From positions 1 to 52,412 of the forward strand of contig PCAP01000015.1 of assembly GCA_002731215.1 (NCBI GenBank): DNA of 52,412 nucleotides, in the 5' to 3' direction. A model generated the notes under the pieces. That model ran no database searches, had not been told where the DNA came from, and worked only from the letters and a program-made list of their open reading frames with translations. Below, piece by piece: positions 10,207 to 20,094 of the stretch (positions are counted from its first letter, which is position 1; each line of letters starts with the position of its first letter). A program made the translations under genes and the position numbers. The DNA comes from Acidobacteriota bacterium (GTDB taxonomy: Bacteria > Acidobacteriota > UBA890).

Positions 10207-11002
10207 GATGCCGTCCCTAGCCAACGTCGCTACCGCTTTGCCTGAATCTCGTTTCAGTTCAGACGTTCACTACTTCAGCACAGTTAGTTCTACTAACCAT
10301 GTAGCCCGGGATCTCGGTCGTTTGGGGGAACCGGATGGGACGGTTGTCGTGGCCGAGGAGCAAACAGAAGGGCGGGGGCGTCGGCACCGACGTTGGGTGT
10401 CGCCGGCCGGAGCTGGTCTCTATGTTTCTCTATTACTACGTCCGGAATTCCCGGCAGCCGAAACGGGCAGTGCCGTGCAACTGGTAGCTGGAATTGCCAC
10501 GGCAGAAACCCTCAATGAGTTCTTACCTAACAAAACCGTTTTACGCTGGCCTAACGACTGCTTTGTTTTAGACAGGAAGGTTGCAGGTGTTTTGGTGGAG
10601 GCCGAAACTACTGGAAGGGGTTTTGATTTCCTGGTCTGTGGTATTGGCGTCAACGTCAACCACGAGGCAGCCAACTTTCCGGCTGCGCTCCGTGAACGTG
10701 CTACAAGTGTGAAGCTACAGCTCGGGCATCCGGTGTCTCGACTTGACGTCCTGGCGACTCTGCTTGACACGTTTGACAGTTGGGAGGGGGCCTGGCGTGA
10801 ATACGGTATGGACCCGATTCGGGAGCGCTGGCTGGAGTTGTCGCCCGAAAGTGTCGCCGGCAGCGTTAGTGTGCAGACGGAAACTGGCCTTGTCGAAGGT
10901 GTTGCAAACGGTTTGACGGACGCTGGGCATTTGATAGTTGGGACTGATGATGGCACCCATGAAATTTCAGTTGGCGAAGTGATTAGGTTGAAGTCATTAT
11001 GA
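10199..11002 (+). CDS. birA: Biotin--[acetyl-CoA carboxylase] ligase, no N-terminal HTH (start 10199 or 10208)
   Basis: SSTN, QTEGRGRR, RWPND, KVAGVL, GIGVNV. Confidence 0.92.
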   Translation: MDEMPSLANVATALPESRFSSDVHYFSTVSSTNHVARDLGRLGEPDGTVVVAEEQTEGRGRRHRRWVSPAGAGLYVSLLLRPEFPAAETGSAVQLVAGIATAETLNEFLPNKTVLRWPNDCFVLDRKVAGVLVEAETTGRGFDFLVCGIGVNVNHEAANFPAALRERATSVKLQLGHPVSRLDVLATLLDTFDSWEGAWREYGMDPIRERWLELSPESVAGSVSVQTETGLVEGVANGLTDAGHLIVGTDDGTHEISVGEVIRLKSL

Positions 11003-11553
11003 TCCGGTCATTTGGGGACTCCACTCCACGTATCGCCCCGACAGTGTTCCTTGCGGAAGACGTGGTGGTGATTGGTGACGTCGAGATTGGTCGAGATGCC
11101 AGCGTTTGGTATAGGTGTGTATTGCGCGGCGATGTTGGCCCAATCCGTATTGGGAGTGCGACGAACATCCAGGAGGGTACAATTCTTCATTGTGCCCCGG
11201 GCAGGGAACCGACCGTCTTGGAATCACAGGTGACCGTTGGGCATGGGGCAGTACTGCATGGCTGCCATATCGGTGGGCGGTCGCTAGTCGGTATGAGTGC
11301 AACGATTCTCGATGGCGCTGTTATTGGAGAGGAGTGCATCATCGGAGCGAACGCGTTGGTACCACCGGGTATGGTCATTCCTCCAAGGACGATCTTTGTT
11401 GGGAGCCCGGCTCGCTTCTTGCGCCGGGTGAGTGACGAAGATGTCGTTTGGATACTTGGCCACGCTCGGCACTATGTCGATATTAAGGAAAAATATTTAA
11501 AGGAAGGGGCGGGGCAGATGATCCCGCACGAAGTTACGTGGGATGACGCATGA
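10999..11553 (+). CDS. Gamma-class carbonic anhydrase family (YrdA-like hexapeptide-repeat protein)
   Basis: VLRGDV, TNIQEGTILH, VTVGHGAVLHGC with metal-binding His residues. Confidence 0.9.
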   Translation: MIRSFGDSTPRIAPTVFLAEDVVVIGDVEIGRDASVWYRCVLRGDVGPIRIGSATNIQEGTILHCAPGREPTVLESQVTVGHGAVLHGCHIGGRSLVGMSATILDGAVIGEECIIGANALVPPGMVIPPRTIFVGSPARFLRRVSDEDVVWILGHARHYVDIKEKYLKEGAGQMIPHEVTWDDA

Positions 11554-12857
11554 GTGAATCGGAGCAACAGTCCGGTGGCGGCAAGAATCAACCGCTGAAG
11601 GCGCCGCGTGGAACGCGCGATGTTATCTCGCCAGAGGTTGAGCGCTGGCAGGATGTCGAGCGTTCAGCTCACGATACGTTTCGACGCTACGGTTTCCGTG
11701 AGATGCGGACGCCAGTCTTTGAAGACAGTGCGGTATTCGAAAAGGGCACGATCGAAACATTACAGTCGGCCCAAAAAGAGATGTATCGCTTTGTGGATTT
11801 GGGTGGTCATGAGTTAACGCTACGGCCAGAAGGCACTCCACCTGTCATCCGTGCCTACGTTGAGCACAACCTTGGGCATGGCAAAGACTTAGCGCGTTTT
11901 TACTACATAGGGCCGATGTTCCGATACGAACGTCCTCAAAGAGGACGTTACCGGCAGTTTCATCAAATTGGCGTTGAAGTGTTCGGTTCTGAATCAGCTG
12001 CCCTAGATGCTGAGGTCATTGATATGGCGATGACGTGGCTTGGTGATCTCGGGATTAGATCGTTGCAACTTTTTGTCAACAGCGTTGGCGACCATGACGA
12101 CCGTCCCGCCTACATGGAAAAGCTTATCGAAGCTCAAAAAAATTTATTGGGGGAGATGTCGGAAGATTCTCGCCGCCGCCACGAGGCGAATCCTCTACGG
12201 GTCTTTGACAGCAAGGATCCTCAGGACCAATTATTGATCGAGAAGTTTCCGACCATCCTTGATCATCTAAGCCCAGAGAACAGGGCTCACTTCGATGAAG
12301 TCTGTGCCTACTTGAGCGATTGGGGTATCGATTACACCGTTGAGCCACGTTTAGTTCGCGGACTCGATTACTACCGAAGGACTGTATTCGAGGTGACTTC
12401 GTCAGTGCTGGGGGCGCAGGATTCTTTGCTCGGTGGTGGTCGTTATGATGGTTTAGTTGGTCAGATGGGTGGCGACGACATTCCCGGCGTTGGCTTTGCA
12501 GCGGGGTTGGAACGCATCGTGCTGGCGCTTCCCGAGGGTGCAGGGGCAGGTCCTATAGATTGCTACGTTGTTACTGTTAGCCCCGATCTGATACCGGAGG
12601 CTATGAAAGCAATGCGAGATTTGCGTAGTTACGGTCTTTGCTGCACGGCTGATTTTCAGGGTCGGAGCATGAAGGCTCAGATGAAGGCTGCGAATCGCTC
12701 CAATGCGCCGGTCACTGTGATTTTTGGTCCGGACGAGTTGTCGAAGGGTTTCTGCACCTTGAAGATGATGGAAAGTGGTGAGCAACGAGAAGTATCGCTT
12801 GAGAAACTTGTCGAGGATTTGCAGCGAATTCTTCACATGGGCAATCTGGGTAACTAG
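11550..12857 (+). CDS. hisS: Histidine--tRNA ligase
   Basis: PRGTRD, LRPEGT, FRYERPQRGRYRQFHQIG, LVRGLDYY, GGGRYD. Confidence 0.98.
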   Translation: MSESEQQSGGGKNQPLKAPRGTRDVISPEVERWQDVERSAHDTFRRYGFREMRTPVFEDSAVFEKGTIETLQSAQKEMYRFVDLGGHELTLRPEGTPPVIRAYVEHNLGHGKDLARFYYIGPMFRYERPQRGRYRQFHQIGVEVFGSESAALDAEVIDMAMTWLGDLGIRSLQLFVNSVGDHDDRPAYMEKLIEAQKNLLGEMSEDSRRRHEANPLRVFDSKDPQDQLLIEKFPTILDHLSPENRAHFDEVCAYLSDWGIDYTVEPRLVRGLDYYRRTVFEVTSSVLGAQDSLLGGGRYDGLVGQMGGDDIPGVGFAAGLERIVLALPEGAGAGPIDCYVVTVSPDLIPEAMKAMRDLRSYGLCCTADFQGRSMKAQMKAANRSNAPVTVIFGPDELSKGFCTLKMMESGEQREVSLEKLVEDLQRILHMGNLGN

Positions 12858-12865
12858 GAACCAAA

Positions 12866-14641
12866 ATGGATCGAACGCATACCTGTGGGGAACTCCGCGC
12901 CGAACACGCCGGCGAAAAGGTTTGTTTGCAGGGATGGGTATGGCACCGGCGCGATCTTGGTGGTTTGATCTTCGTCGACCTCCGAGATCGAAGCGGTTCT
13001 GTACAGCTTGTTTTTAACCCTGAGGAGGCCGCGGAAGCGCATGTGATTGCTGAGGAATGGCGAGCTGAGTGGGTAGTCCTGATCGAGGGTGAAGTTGCGG
13101 AGCGCCCCCCCGAAACCATCAATGAGGCGCTGCCGACTGGGGTGGTAGAGGTGCGGGTCACCCGTGCGGATACTGTCGCGATAGCTGAGACTCCGCCGTT
13201 CCTTATTGAGGAGGACTCTGGAGCTCTTGAGGATCTTCGGCTGAAGTACCGTTATCTTGACCTGCGGCGTTCCCCACTGCAGCGCGTCCTCAGACTACGT
13301 CACAAGATGTCGATTGCGGTACGCAACTATCTTGATGAGCAAGGCTTCTACGAGATTGAAACGCCGATCCTGACCCGCGCTACGCCGGAAGGGGCACGCG
13401 ACTACCTAGTTCCGAGTCGAGTTAATCCCGGATCGTTTTACGCGTTGCCCCAGAGTCCACAGTTGTTCAAGCAGTTGCTCATGATATCCGGGTTTGATCG
13501 TTACTTTCAGATGGCGCGCTGTTTCCGCGACGAGGACCTGCGTGCCAACCGGCAACCGGAGTTTACGCAGATTGATATCGAGATGAGCTTTGTCGAACCT
13601 GACGATGTTCTGCGGGTTACAGAAGGAATGATGCGGTGTCTTCTCGAGGTTGCGGGTTTGCCAGCTGACCCCGAATTCCCCCGTATGACTTTTCGTGCAG
13701 CCCTCGATCGCTTTGGCTCTGATGCCCCTGATACACGGTACGGACATGAGTTGCAGGACGTTACCGACATTGTTCGAGGTTGTGAATTTCGGGCCTTCAG
13801 CTCGGTTGCCGAAAGTGGCGGCGCGGTTAAAGCACTCTGCTGGCCTGGTGGTGGTACAGCTGGTCGCGGTCGACTCGACAAGCTAGTTGAACTTGCTAAG
13901 TCACAGCGGGCCCAGGGTTTGGTATGGGTCCAACATAACGAAGATGGCTTCAAGTCACCGGTCGCCAAATTTCTTGGGGATGAGATTCTCAGCGTGTTAT
14001 GCGAAGTGACAGATACGGGGCAAGGGGATGCTTTGTTGATGGTTGGTGATGACTGGGAGATCGCATGCCTCACGCTGGGTGCTATACGCAAGAAACTCGC
14101 AGGGTGGGAAAGTTGGATCCCGGATGATGGCAGCTTCAACTTCTGTTGGATACTTGAGTTTCCGTTGCTCGAAAAGTCCGAAGAAGAGGGACGCATGGTG
14201 GCGCGACATCATCCGTTTACCTCACCTCACATTGACGATCTTGAAATGTTGGAATCGGACGCTGGTGCTGTTCGTTCGCTTTCATACGACCTTGTGCTCA
14301 ATGGCATGGAGCTAGGTGGTGGCAGTATCCGCAACAGTAAGGATGACATCCAACGTCGGGTCTTCACGGCGTTGGGTATGGCTCCGGAGGAAGCGCAGTC
14401 GCAGTTTGGTTTCCTGTTAGATGCTTTCAAGTATGGTGCACCACCGCACGGTGGCATCGCGATGGGATATGACCGCATAGTTATGCTGCTTTCGGGCGAG
14501 AAAAGCTTGCGTAGTGTCACCGCGTTTCCGAAGACAGCGTCCGCGACGGATTTAATGACCGCGGCTCCCGCGGCAGTGGATGAAGAACAGCTTGATGCCC
14601 TGCACATCGCATTGGACTTGCCGGATGGTTCGGGAGATTAA
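12866..14641 (+). CDS. aspS: Aspartate--tRNA ligase (RRDLGG suggests discriminating type)
   Basis: RTHTCGEL, TPEGARDYLV, PQSPQLFKQ, FRDEDLRANRQPEFTQ, GAPPHGG. Confidence 0.98.
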   Translation: MDRTHTCGELRAEHAGEKVCLQGWVWHRRDLGGLIFVDLRDRSGSVQLVFNPEEAAEAHVIAEEWRAEWVVLIEGEVAERPPETINEALPTGVVEVRVTRADTVAIAETPPFLIEEDSGALEDLRLKYRYLDLRRSPLQRVLRLRHKMSIAVRNYLDEQGFYEIETPILTRATPEGARDYLVPSRVNPGSFYALPQSPQLFKQLLMISGFDRYFQMARCFRDEDLRANRQPEFTQIDIEMSFVEPDDVLRVTEGMMRCLLEVAGLPADPEFPRMTFRAALDRFGSDAPDTRYGHELQDVTDIVRGCEFRAFSSVAESGGAVKALCWPGGGTAGRGRLDKLVELAKSQRAQGLVWVQHNEDGFKSPVAKFLGDEILSVLCEVTDTGQGDALLMVGDDWEIACLTLGAIRKKLAGWESWIPDDGSFNFCWILEFPLLEKSEEEGRMVARHHPFTSPHIDDLEMLESDAGAVRSLSYDLVLNGMELGGGSIRNSKDDIQRRVFTALGMAPEEAQSQFGFLLDAFKYGAPPHGGIAMGYDRIVMLLSGEKSLRSVTAFPKTASATDLMTAAPAAVDEEQLDALHIALDLPDGSGD

Positions 14642-14789
14642 AGGGGTTTATCTCTGTACAGGCACCCGGGGCACACTACTATCCTGGGCTGAAGCGGACG
14701 GACGAAGTTCCACCGTGGTAGAGGGTAGACACGATAATCAATTGAACTCAGCTTCTCTTGCGACCTGCATTAGTCTGGTGCTCGCTGTC

Positions 14790-14798
14790 TGCTAGAAT
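14790..14798 (+). promoter_or_regulatory. Extended -10 promoter element
   Basis: TG-C-TAGAAT about 230 nt upstream of phoH. Confidence 0.45.
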
Positions 14799-14814
14799 TT
14801 CAAGTCTCGACCCT

Positions 14815-14995
14815 TCTCCTTCTAAGGCAATCCGGTCGAATCTCGGACGATTTGTCTCAGTTTATGTGTTAGTAGAGTAAAGGCCGGCTATGGCCTTGGG
14901 CGGGACAAGCTCCTAGATGGTGGCTACTGGACATCCTCTGACCTGTCCCGTTAGCATTTACTTGGATGGGCCGACGGCCTTAGTAATCATGGAGA
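14815..14995 (+). ncRNA. Candidate structured RNA (6S-like rod or phoH leader)
   Basis: Nested stems traced by eye: TCTCC/GGAGA, CTAAGGC/GCCTTAG, CGGTC/GGCCG, CGGGACA/TGTCCCG, GATG/CATC; no covariance model was run. Confidence 0.3.
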
Positions 14996-15025
14996 CCGCG
15001 TGTACTTCTCAAGGAGGCAGCGCGG

Positions 15026-16126
15026 TTGTTTGTATATATGAGAAAAATCGACCTTGCTGAAGGGGAGCTTCAGGACCTCTTTGGCGTACATGATGAAAAC
15101 CTTCGACACCTTGAATCACATTTAGATATCTCTGTGTCAGCACGTGACCGCGAGGTATTTCTTGAAGGTGATGACGAACGTGTCGACATTGCGGCCAAGG
15201 TTCTAACGGAACTAGGTGGCCTCATCGCCAAGGGCTATGAACTGAAAGACAAGGATGTCCAGACGGCGCTGAGGATTGCCAAAGATGCTCCCCAGGTTTC
15301 GCTAGAGCGTTTTTTTGGCGATGGTGGCATCCAAACCGCACGGGATCGGCTGGTGCGTCCACAGGGAACTAACCAGAAACTTTACATAGAGGCTATTCGC
15401 AGCCACGACATCGTTTTTGGCATTGGGCCGGCCGGAACCGGTAAAACCTATTTAGCTATGGCTATGGCAATGGAAGCGCTCAACCGACGTAACGTACGGC
15501 GTGTTGTCCTGGCTCGGCCAGCTATCGAAGCTGGGGAGAAGCTCGGTTTTCTCCCAGGCGATATGTACGAAAAGGTCAACCCCTATTTGCGCCCGTTACA
15601 TGACGCGCTCTATGACTTGATAGACGTTGGGCGTGCTAACCGCCTGATTGAAGGTGGGCACATAGAGATTGCTCCCCTGGCCTTTATGCGTGGTCGTACG
15701 TTGACCGACTCGTTCGTCATTCTTGACGAAGCCCAAAACACAACCACTGAACAAATGAAGATGTTTTTAACCCGTATCGGCATGGAATCCCGTGCTGTGA
15801 TCACCGGCGATGTGACCCAGATCGATTTGCCCGCAGGCCGTCCTTCCGGGTTAATCGAGGCGAACCGGTTGTTGAAGAAGATCCGTGGCATTGGCTTTGT
15901 CAAATTCGACCACCGCGACGTTGTTCGTCACCCTTTGGTGCAAGACATCATTACTGCCTATGCTGCTGATCACGAGGCTCAATGCCTCGCCAAGGGAGCT
16001 TCTGACATTCTCAAAGGTGCCGAGCACGCAATTAATACCGCGGCTTCTGACAATCGGAGTGATGGTCGTGAGGGCGTCACAAGGCAGGCTGCCGATAGCT
16101 TTGGCAGACTTGAATCCGAAAAATGA
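15026..16126 (+). CDS. phoH: PhoH-family ATPase (YbeZ-like)
   Basis: GPAGTGKTYLA, EAGEKLGFLPG, PLAFMRGRT, ILDEAQN, DVVRHPLV; AAGGAGG SD 8 nt before TTG. Confidence 0.93.
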   Translation: MFVYMRKIDLAEGELQDLFGVHDENLRHLESHLDISVSARDREVFLEGDDERVDIAAKVLTELGGLIAKGYELKDKDVQTALRIAKDAPQVSLERFFGDGGIQTARDRLVRPQGTNQKLYIEAIRSHDIVFGIGPAGTGKTYLAMAMAMEALNRRNVRRVVLARPAIEAGEKLGFLPGDMYEKVNPYLRPLHDALYDLIDVGRANRLIEGGHIEIAPLAFMRGRTLTDSFVILDEAQNTTTEQMKMFLTRIGMESRAVITGDVTQIDLPAGRPSGLIEANRLLKKIRGIGFVKFDHRDVVRHPLVQDIITAYAADHEAQCLAKGASDILKGAEHAINTAASDNRSDGREGVTRQAADSFGRLESEK

Positions 16127-18447
16127 TGGCTAGCCCGCGAAAATCCGGCGATGCTGTTCGTGAGTTGCGTCGCTATGATGTGTTTTGGACGGTGTTGGCA
16201 GTTGTGGCGATTGTTGTAATAACTGTGCCGCAGATTCGTTTCTCCGATCCTGATTACAAGCCGGGGGACATTGCCGAGACTGAGGTAGCAGTGCCCATTG
16301 ACCTCACAGTCCCCGACCCAGTGTCCACAGAACGACGCCTCACTGAGGCTGACCAAAGCGTTTTAGACGTTTACGACTACAGGCCTCAAGCGCATGAGTA
16401 CGGCAAGAGAATTGTTCAGAGGTTATTTGCCTGGGGCCGGTTAAACATCGTCAACGCAGGAATCGTTTGGGACGATCTTCCTGAAGAAGCTCGTTTTGAC
16501 CTGGAGCAGAAGGCAATGGCTGTGGCGGGGTACCCACTTCCCGAGGATCTCGTTGGTGCTTTGTCCACAGAGGACGCCGGCTTCTCCATGGTTACTGAAC
16601 TAGCCGTCGCAGGCACTCTGATTTCGTTTAGTGAAGAAAACCTGATTGGTATGATCGAGCAAACGAGACTTGGGGCTTCGGCCGCAATCAACGTGCGTGA
16701 TACGGAGACCCAAGAGGAACGGCGTTTGCCAGACACCGGTTCTGTACTGGGAATGGAGAGTGCTAGGGCGGAGCTTCAGCTGGCCTTAACGGAGAGGCTC
16801 GTTCTGACAGAGAAGGCTGAGGAGACTCTCAAGGAGCTTGTTTCTGGCCTGTTGGCTGCAAACTTGAACTACAGCAGTAACGCGACACAACAGCGTCGGC
16901 GTGAGGCAACTGACGGTGTTGAGCCAGTTTTCTACGAAGTTAAACGTGGTCGTGTGTTGTTGCGGCAGGGTGACGAAGTTACAGCGCAGAAAATTTTGGA
17001 GCTTCAGGCACTGCAGGAGCAATATCGCACCGATTGGTCGCTGTTATCGCTGGTAGGCATGGCCCTTTTAATAGTGCTAGCTGTTTTTTCGCTGTGGCGC
17101 TATGTAGTTCATTTCCAAAAGCGTGTTGGCTATCAGAGAGTGAGGCACCTCTATCCGCTGGTGTTGGTGGTTCTTGTCGGTATGGTGGCATTAACCAGGG
17201 GGTCTTTGTTCCTTGGGGAGGCGGTAGCACAGGCTGCTCCGCTAGAGCCGTTTACGTCGGTTCTAAGCTATGGATACGCCGTGCCATTCGCATCGGGTGG
17301 TGTCCTCCTGATGTTGCTTGTTAACGTCCAGGTAGCATGGGCTTTTTCTGCCGTATTTGGCGTCGTCATCGCAGGCATGACCCAAGATTTGGGGATGACG
17401 GTGTTCGCGTTGCTGAGTTCTTTTGCGGCACTTTACGGCATGAGTCAATACAAACAACGTACAGCGTTGACCCGTGCCGGCATGATAGTCGGTGGAGTTA
17501 ACGCTGTTGCTGCTCTAGGTCTGGGGTTGTTGATGCAGCCTAACCAACAGCTGACAGTATTTGCGTTTCAGGCGTTCTGCGCGGTAGTTGGTGGCATTTT
17601 GGTATCGGTTGTTGTGACCATCGCGATACCACCGATGGAACATTTGTTTCAGTCGTTAACGGACATCAAGCTGCTTGAGCTGTCGAATATGAACCTGCCG
17701 GTGCTGAAGGACCTTGCAGTCCTAGCTCCCGGCACCTACCACCATAGTGTCGTAGTCGGCACGCTAGCGGAAAAGGCAGCCGAGGCGATCGGGGTAAACC
17801 CATTGTTTGCACGTGTTTCCGCTTACTACCACGACATTGGCAAACTTCAGCAGCCACAATATTTCGTTGAAAACCAGAAAGATGGTCACAATCCACATGA
17901 TGACCTCTCCCCCAATATGAGCGCGTTGATTTTAGTGAGCCACGTTAAGGATGGAGTTGCTTACGCTAAAGAGCACGGCTTGCCGCGGCCGCTTGTCGAT
18001 GCCATCCCACAACATCATGGGACGCGATTAATTCGCTTCTTCCATGAGAAAGCCAAGCAACTGGCAATCGAGGATGGACGCGAGGTTGATGAAAGCGAAT
18101 TTCGTTACCCCGGACCTAAACCGCGCAGCAAAGAAACAGCAGTTCTGATGCTTGCAGACAGCGTGGAGGCGATTTCACGGACTTTAAGTGATACCAGCCC
18201 AGCGAACCTGCGGCTAATGATCGAGCGTGCTATTCAGGACGTAGTGGACGATGATCAGCTCGACGAGTGCGCCCTGACGCTCGGGGATCTTTCAAAGATT
18301 TCCGAAGCGTTCCTGAGTGTCTTGACTGGGATGCACCACCAGAGGATCGACTACCCTGAGTCGACCGAGAAGTCGGGCACCGACGTAGAGGCAAACTTGC
18401 CAGATGAGGATAGCAGTTCGAAGTTTTCAGATCAGACCTATCATTGA
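16123..18447 (+). CDS. 7TM-HD phosphohydrolase, PgpH-like (putative c-di-AMP phosphodiesterase)
   Basis: N-terminal TM plus extracellular domain, 7 TM helices, APGTYHHS, YYHDIGK, YFVENQ, QHHGT, RYPGPKP, LADSVEA; phoH-HD-ybeY synteny. Confidence 0.88.
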   Translation: MMASPRKSGDAVRELRRYDVFWTVLAVVAIVVITVPQIRFSDPDYKPGDIAETEVAVPIDLTVPDPVSTERRLTEADQSVLDVYDYRPQAHEYGKRIVQRLFAWGRLNIVNAGIVWDDLPEEARFDLEQKAMAVAGYPLPEDLVGALSTEDAGFSMVTELAVAGTLISFSEENLIGMIEQTRLGASAAINVRDTETQEERRLPDTGSVLGMESARAELQLALTERLVLTEKAEETLKELVSGLLAANLNYSSNATQQRRREATDGVEPVFYEVKRGRVLLRQGDEVTAQKILELQALQEQYRTDWSLLSLVGMALLIVLAVFSLWRYVVHFQKRVGYQRVRHLYPLVLVVLVGMVALTRGSLFLGEAVAQAAPLEPFTSVLSYGYAVPFASGGVLLMLLVNVQVAWAFSAVFGVVIAGMTQDLGMTVFALLSSFAALYGMSQYKQRTALTRAGMIVGGVNAVAALGLGLLMQPNQQLTVFAFQAFCAVVGGILVSVVVTIAIPPMEHLFQSLTDIKLLELSNMNLPVLKDLAVLAPGTYHHSVVVGTLAEKAAEAIGVNPLFARVSAYYHDIGKLQQPQYFVENQKDGHNPHDDLSPNMSALILVSHVKDGVAYAKEHGLPRPLVDAIPQHHGTRLIRFFHEKAKQLAIEDGREVDESEFRYPGPKPRSKETAVLMLADSVEAISRTLSDTSPANLRLMIERAIQDVVDDDQLDECALTLGDLSKISEAFLSVLTGMHHQRIDYPESTEKSGTDVEANLPDEDSSSKFSDQTYH

Positions 18448-18841
18448 AGCAGCCCGGCTGCGTTGTCTCGTGCATTGCGTGCTTCAGGAAGTTGGTTTGG
18501 TCGCCGATTGTGTTTCCTTCGTGTTCGTTGATGATCAGACCATGAGTGATTATCACGGACGTTACGCCGATGTGCCGGAACCTACCGATGTATTGTCGTT
18601 TCCAATGCAAGAACGCGGTCCGGACGGGGAGCTGAATCTTGGTGACGTAGTGATTTGTACTGACCAGGCGGCCCGTCAAGCCCAACGAGCAAACCACACA
18701 TACACCTTCGAGCTTGAGGTCTTGGCGCTACACGGTCTGTTGCATCTATTAGGCTACGATCACGAGCGTGATAGCGGACAAATGCATTCCCTCGAGTTAC
18801 GACTACGGCCCCAAATTGGTCGTCGTGGAGCTAAGCTGTGA
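18404..18841 (+). CDS. ybeY: Endoribonuclease YbeY
   Basis: PTDVLSFP, LGDVVIC, HGLLHLLGYDH. Confidence 0.95.
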   Translation: MRIAVRSFQIRPIIEAARLRCLVHCVLQEVGLVADCVSFVFVDDQTMSDYHGRYADVPEPTDVLSFPMQERGPDGELNLGDVVICTDQAARQAQRANHTYTFELEVLALHGLLHLLGYDHERDSGQMHSLELRLRPQIGRRGAKL

Positions 18842-20094
18842 ATACTAATCATCCGCTAATCATCATCCTTCCTGTTGCGGCTTTGTTGCTCACTGCCGTT
18901 CTCAAAGTCGCGTCACGGGCTGTCGGGCGTCGCGAGTTGCACCGCTGGGCACGACGTACTCTTGGGGATGATGCCGACGAAGGAAGTTCCTGGGAACATA
19001 TCAGTGAGACTTTCACTTCGATAAGACTTGCTCGCCAGCTTTCACTTGTCTTCGTGGTCGTAGTGATTTCTAACCTTGGGCCTGGATGGATTGGCACCCC
19101 GACAGGTGGCCATTTGGCCTGGTCGACGGTCCTCGCATTGGGTGGTTACCTGTTAATCGACAAGTTGCTTCCCTTTACTATCGTTACCATGGTTGGGCCA
19201 ATTCGTGTGCTCAAGGTTGGGCGACCAGTGATTGCGGTGCTACACATTTTGTTCGGCTCACCAGCGCGAATGTTGAGCAACTTCCAACACGGTAGCCGGG
19301 TACGAGAAGACCCTATGGAGGATGTTCCAGAGGAAGGTGACCTCGACGCTTTTATCGATATGGCTGAGGAGTCCGGTTTAGTTTCCGAACACGATGAGGC
19401 TCTACTTCGCGGCGTCGCTGAGTTTAGTGAGGTTCTCGTCGATCACGTCATGACACCACGTGTCGACATCGTATCAATAGCTGAATCGGCGACGTTGCGT
19501 GAGCTAAGCAGTTTGGTTGCTGAGCACAAGCACTCCCGTATTCCCGTCGCGCATGACAATATCGATCAGGTCGTTGGCATAGTTAACATCCGCGAACTGG
19601 TGGCGGCACTCGAGCGAGACGGCGCTGAGGCATTGGTACGCAGCATCGTACGTCCAGCCATGTTTGTGCCCGAAAGAAAGCGCGTCAGCGCCTTGATGCG
19701 TGAGTTCCAACAGCGTCATGAGCACCTTGCCATCGTTGTCGATGAACACGGTGGTACCGCCGGACTGGTAACGATAGAAGACTTGCTTGAGGAAATCGTT
19801 GGTGAAATTCAGGATGAAGTTGAGGATGCAGAACAGACTTTAGTTAAACTTTCCGACGAGACTGTCATAGCGGCGGGCAAGACAGAAATTGAAGTCGTCG
19901 AAAAGATGTTTGGCATTAGCATCGACGCTAACGACTTCGAGACCGTTGGGGGTATGGCCTTTTTGCACTTTGGTTACGTGCCTAAGCCGGGGGAATCGTT
20001 CGAGCACTCGTCGCTGCACGTGCAGGTACTCGAAGCCGATGATCGACACGTGGACCGGGTGCGGATCACTGCGGTACAGCCGGTTGTCGAATGA
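18838..20094 (+). CDS. Hemolysin-family/CorC (DUF21-CBS-CorC) Mg/Co transport-associated protein
   Basis: N-terminal TM region, VMTPRVDI, HSRIPV, VVDEHGGTAGLVTIEDLLEEIVGEIQDE, C-terminal CorC_HlyC-like domain. Confidence 0.9.
   Translation: MNTNHPLIIILPVAALLLTAVLKVASRAVGRRELHRWARRTLGDDADEGSSWEHISETFTSIRLARQLSLVFVVVVISNLGPGWIGTPTGGHLAWSTVLALGGYLLIDKLLPFTIVTMVGPIRVLKVGRPVIAVLHILFGSPARMLSNFQHGSRVREDPMEDVPEEGDLDAFIDMAEESGLVSEHDEALLRGVAEFSEVLVDHVMTPRVDIVSIAESATLRELSSLVAEHKHSRIPVAHDNIDQVVGIVNIRELVAALERDGAEALVRSIVRPAMFVPERKRVSALMREFQQRHEHLAIVVDEHGGTAGLVTIEDLLEEIVGEIQDEVEDAEQTLVKLSDETVIAAGKTEIEVVEKMFGISIDANDFETVGGMAFLHFGYVPKPGESFEHSSLHVQVLEADDRHVDRVRITAVQPVVE

Noticed and set aside
14642-14730. Hammerhead, TPP, SAM-I or glycine riboswitch identity for the post-aspS fold
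   Set aside because: Only fragments (CTGAAG, CTCTG..AGAG) resemble them; the conserved cores are missing.
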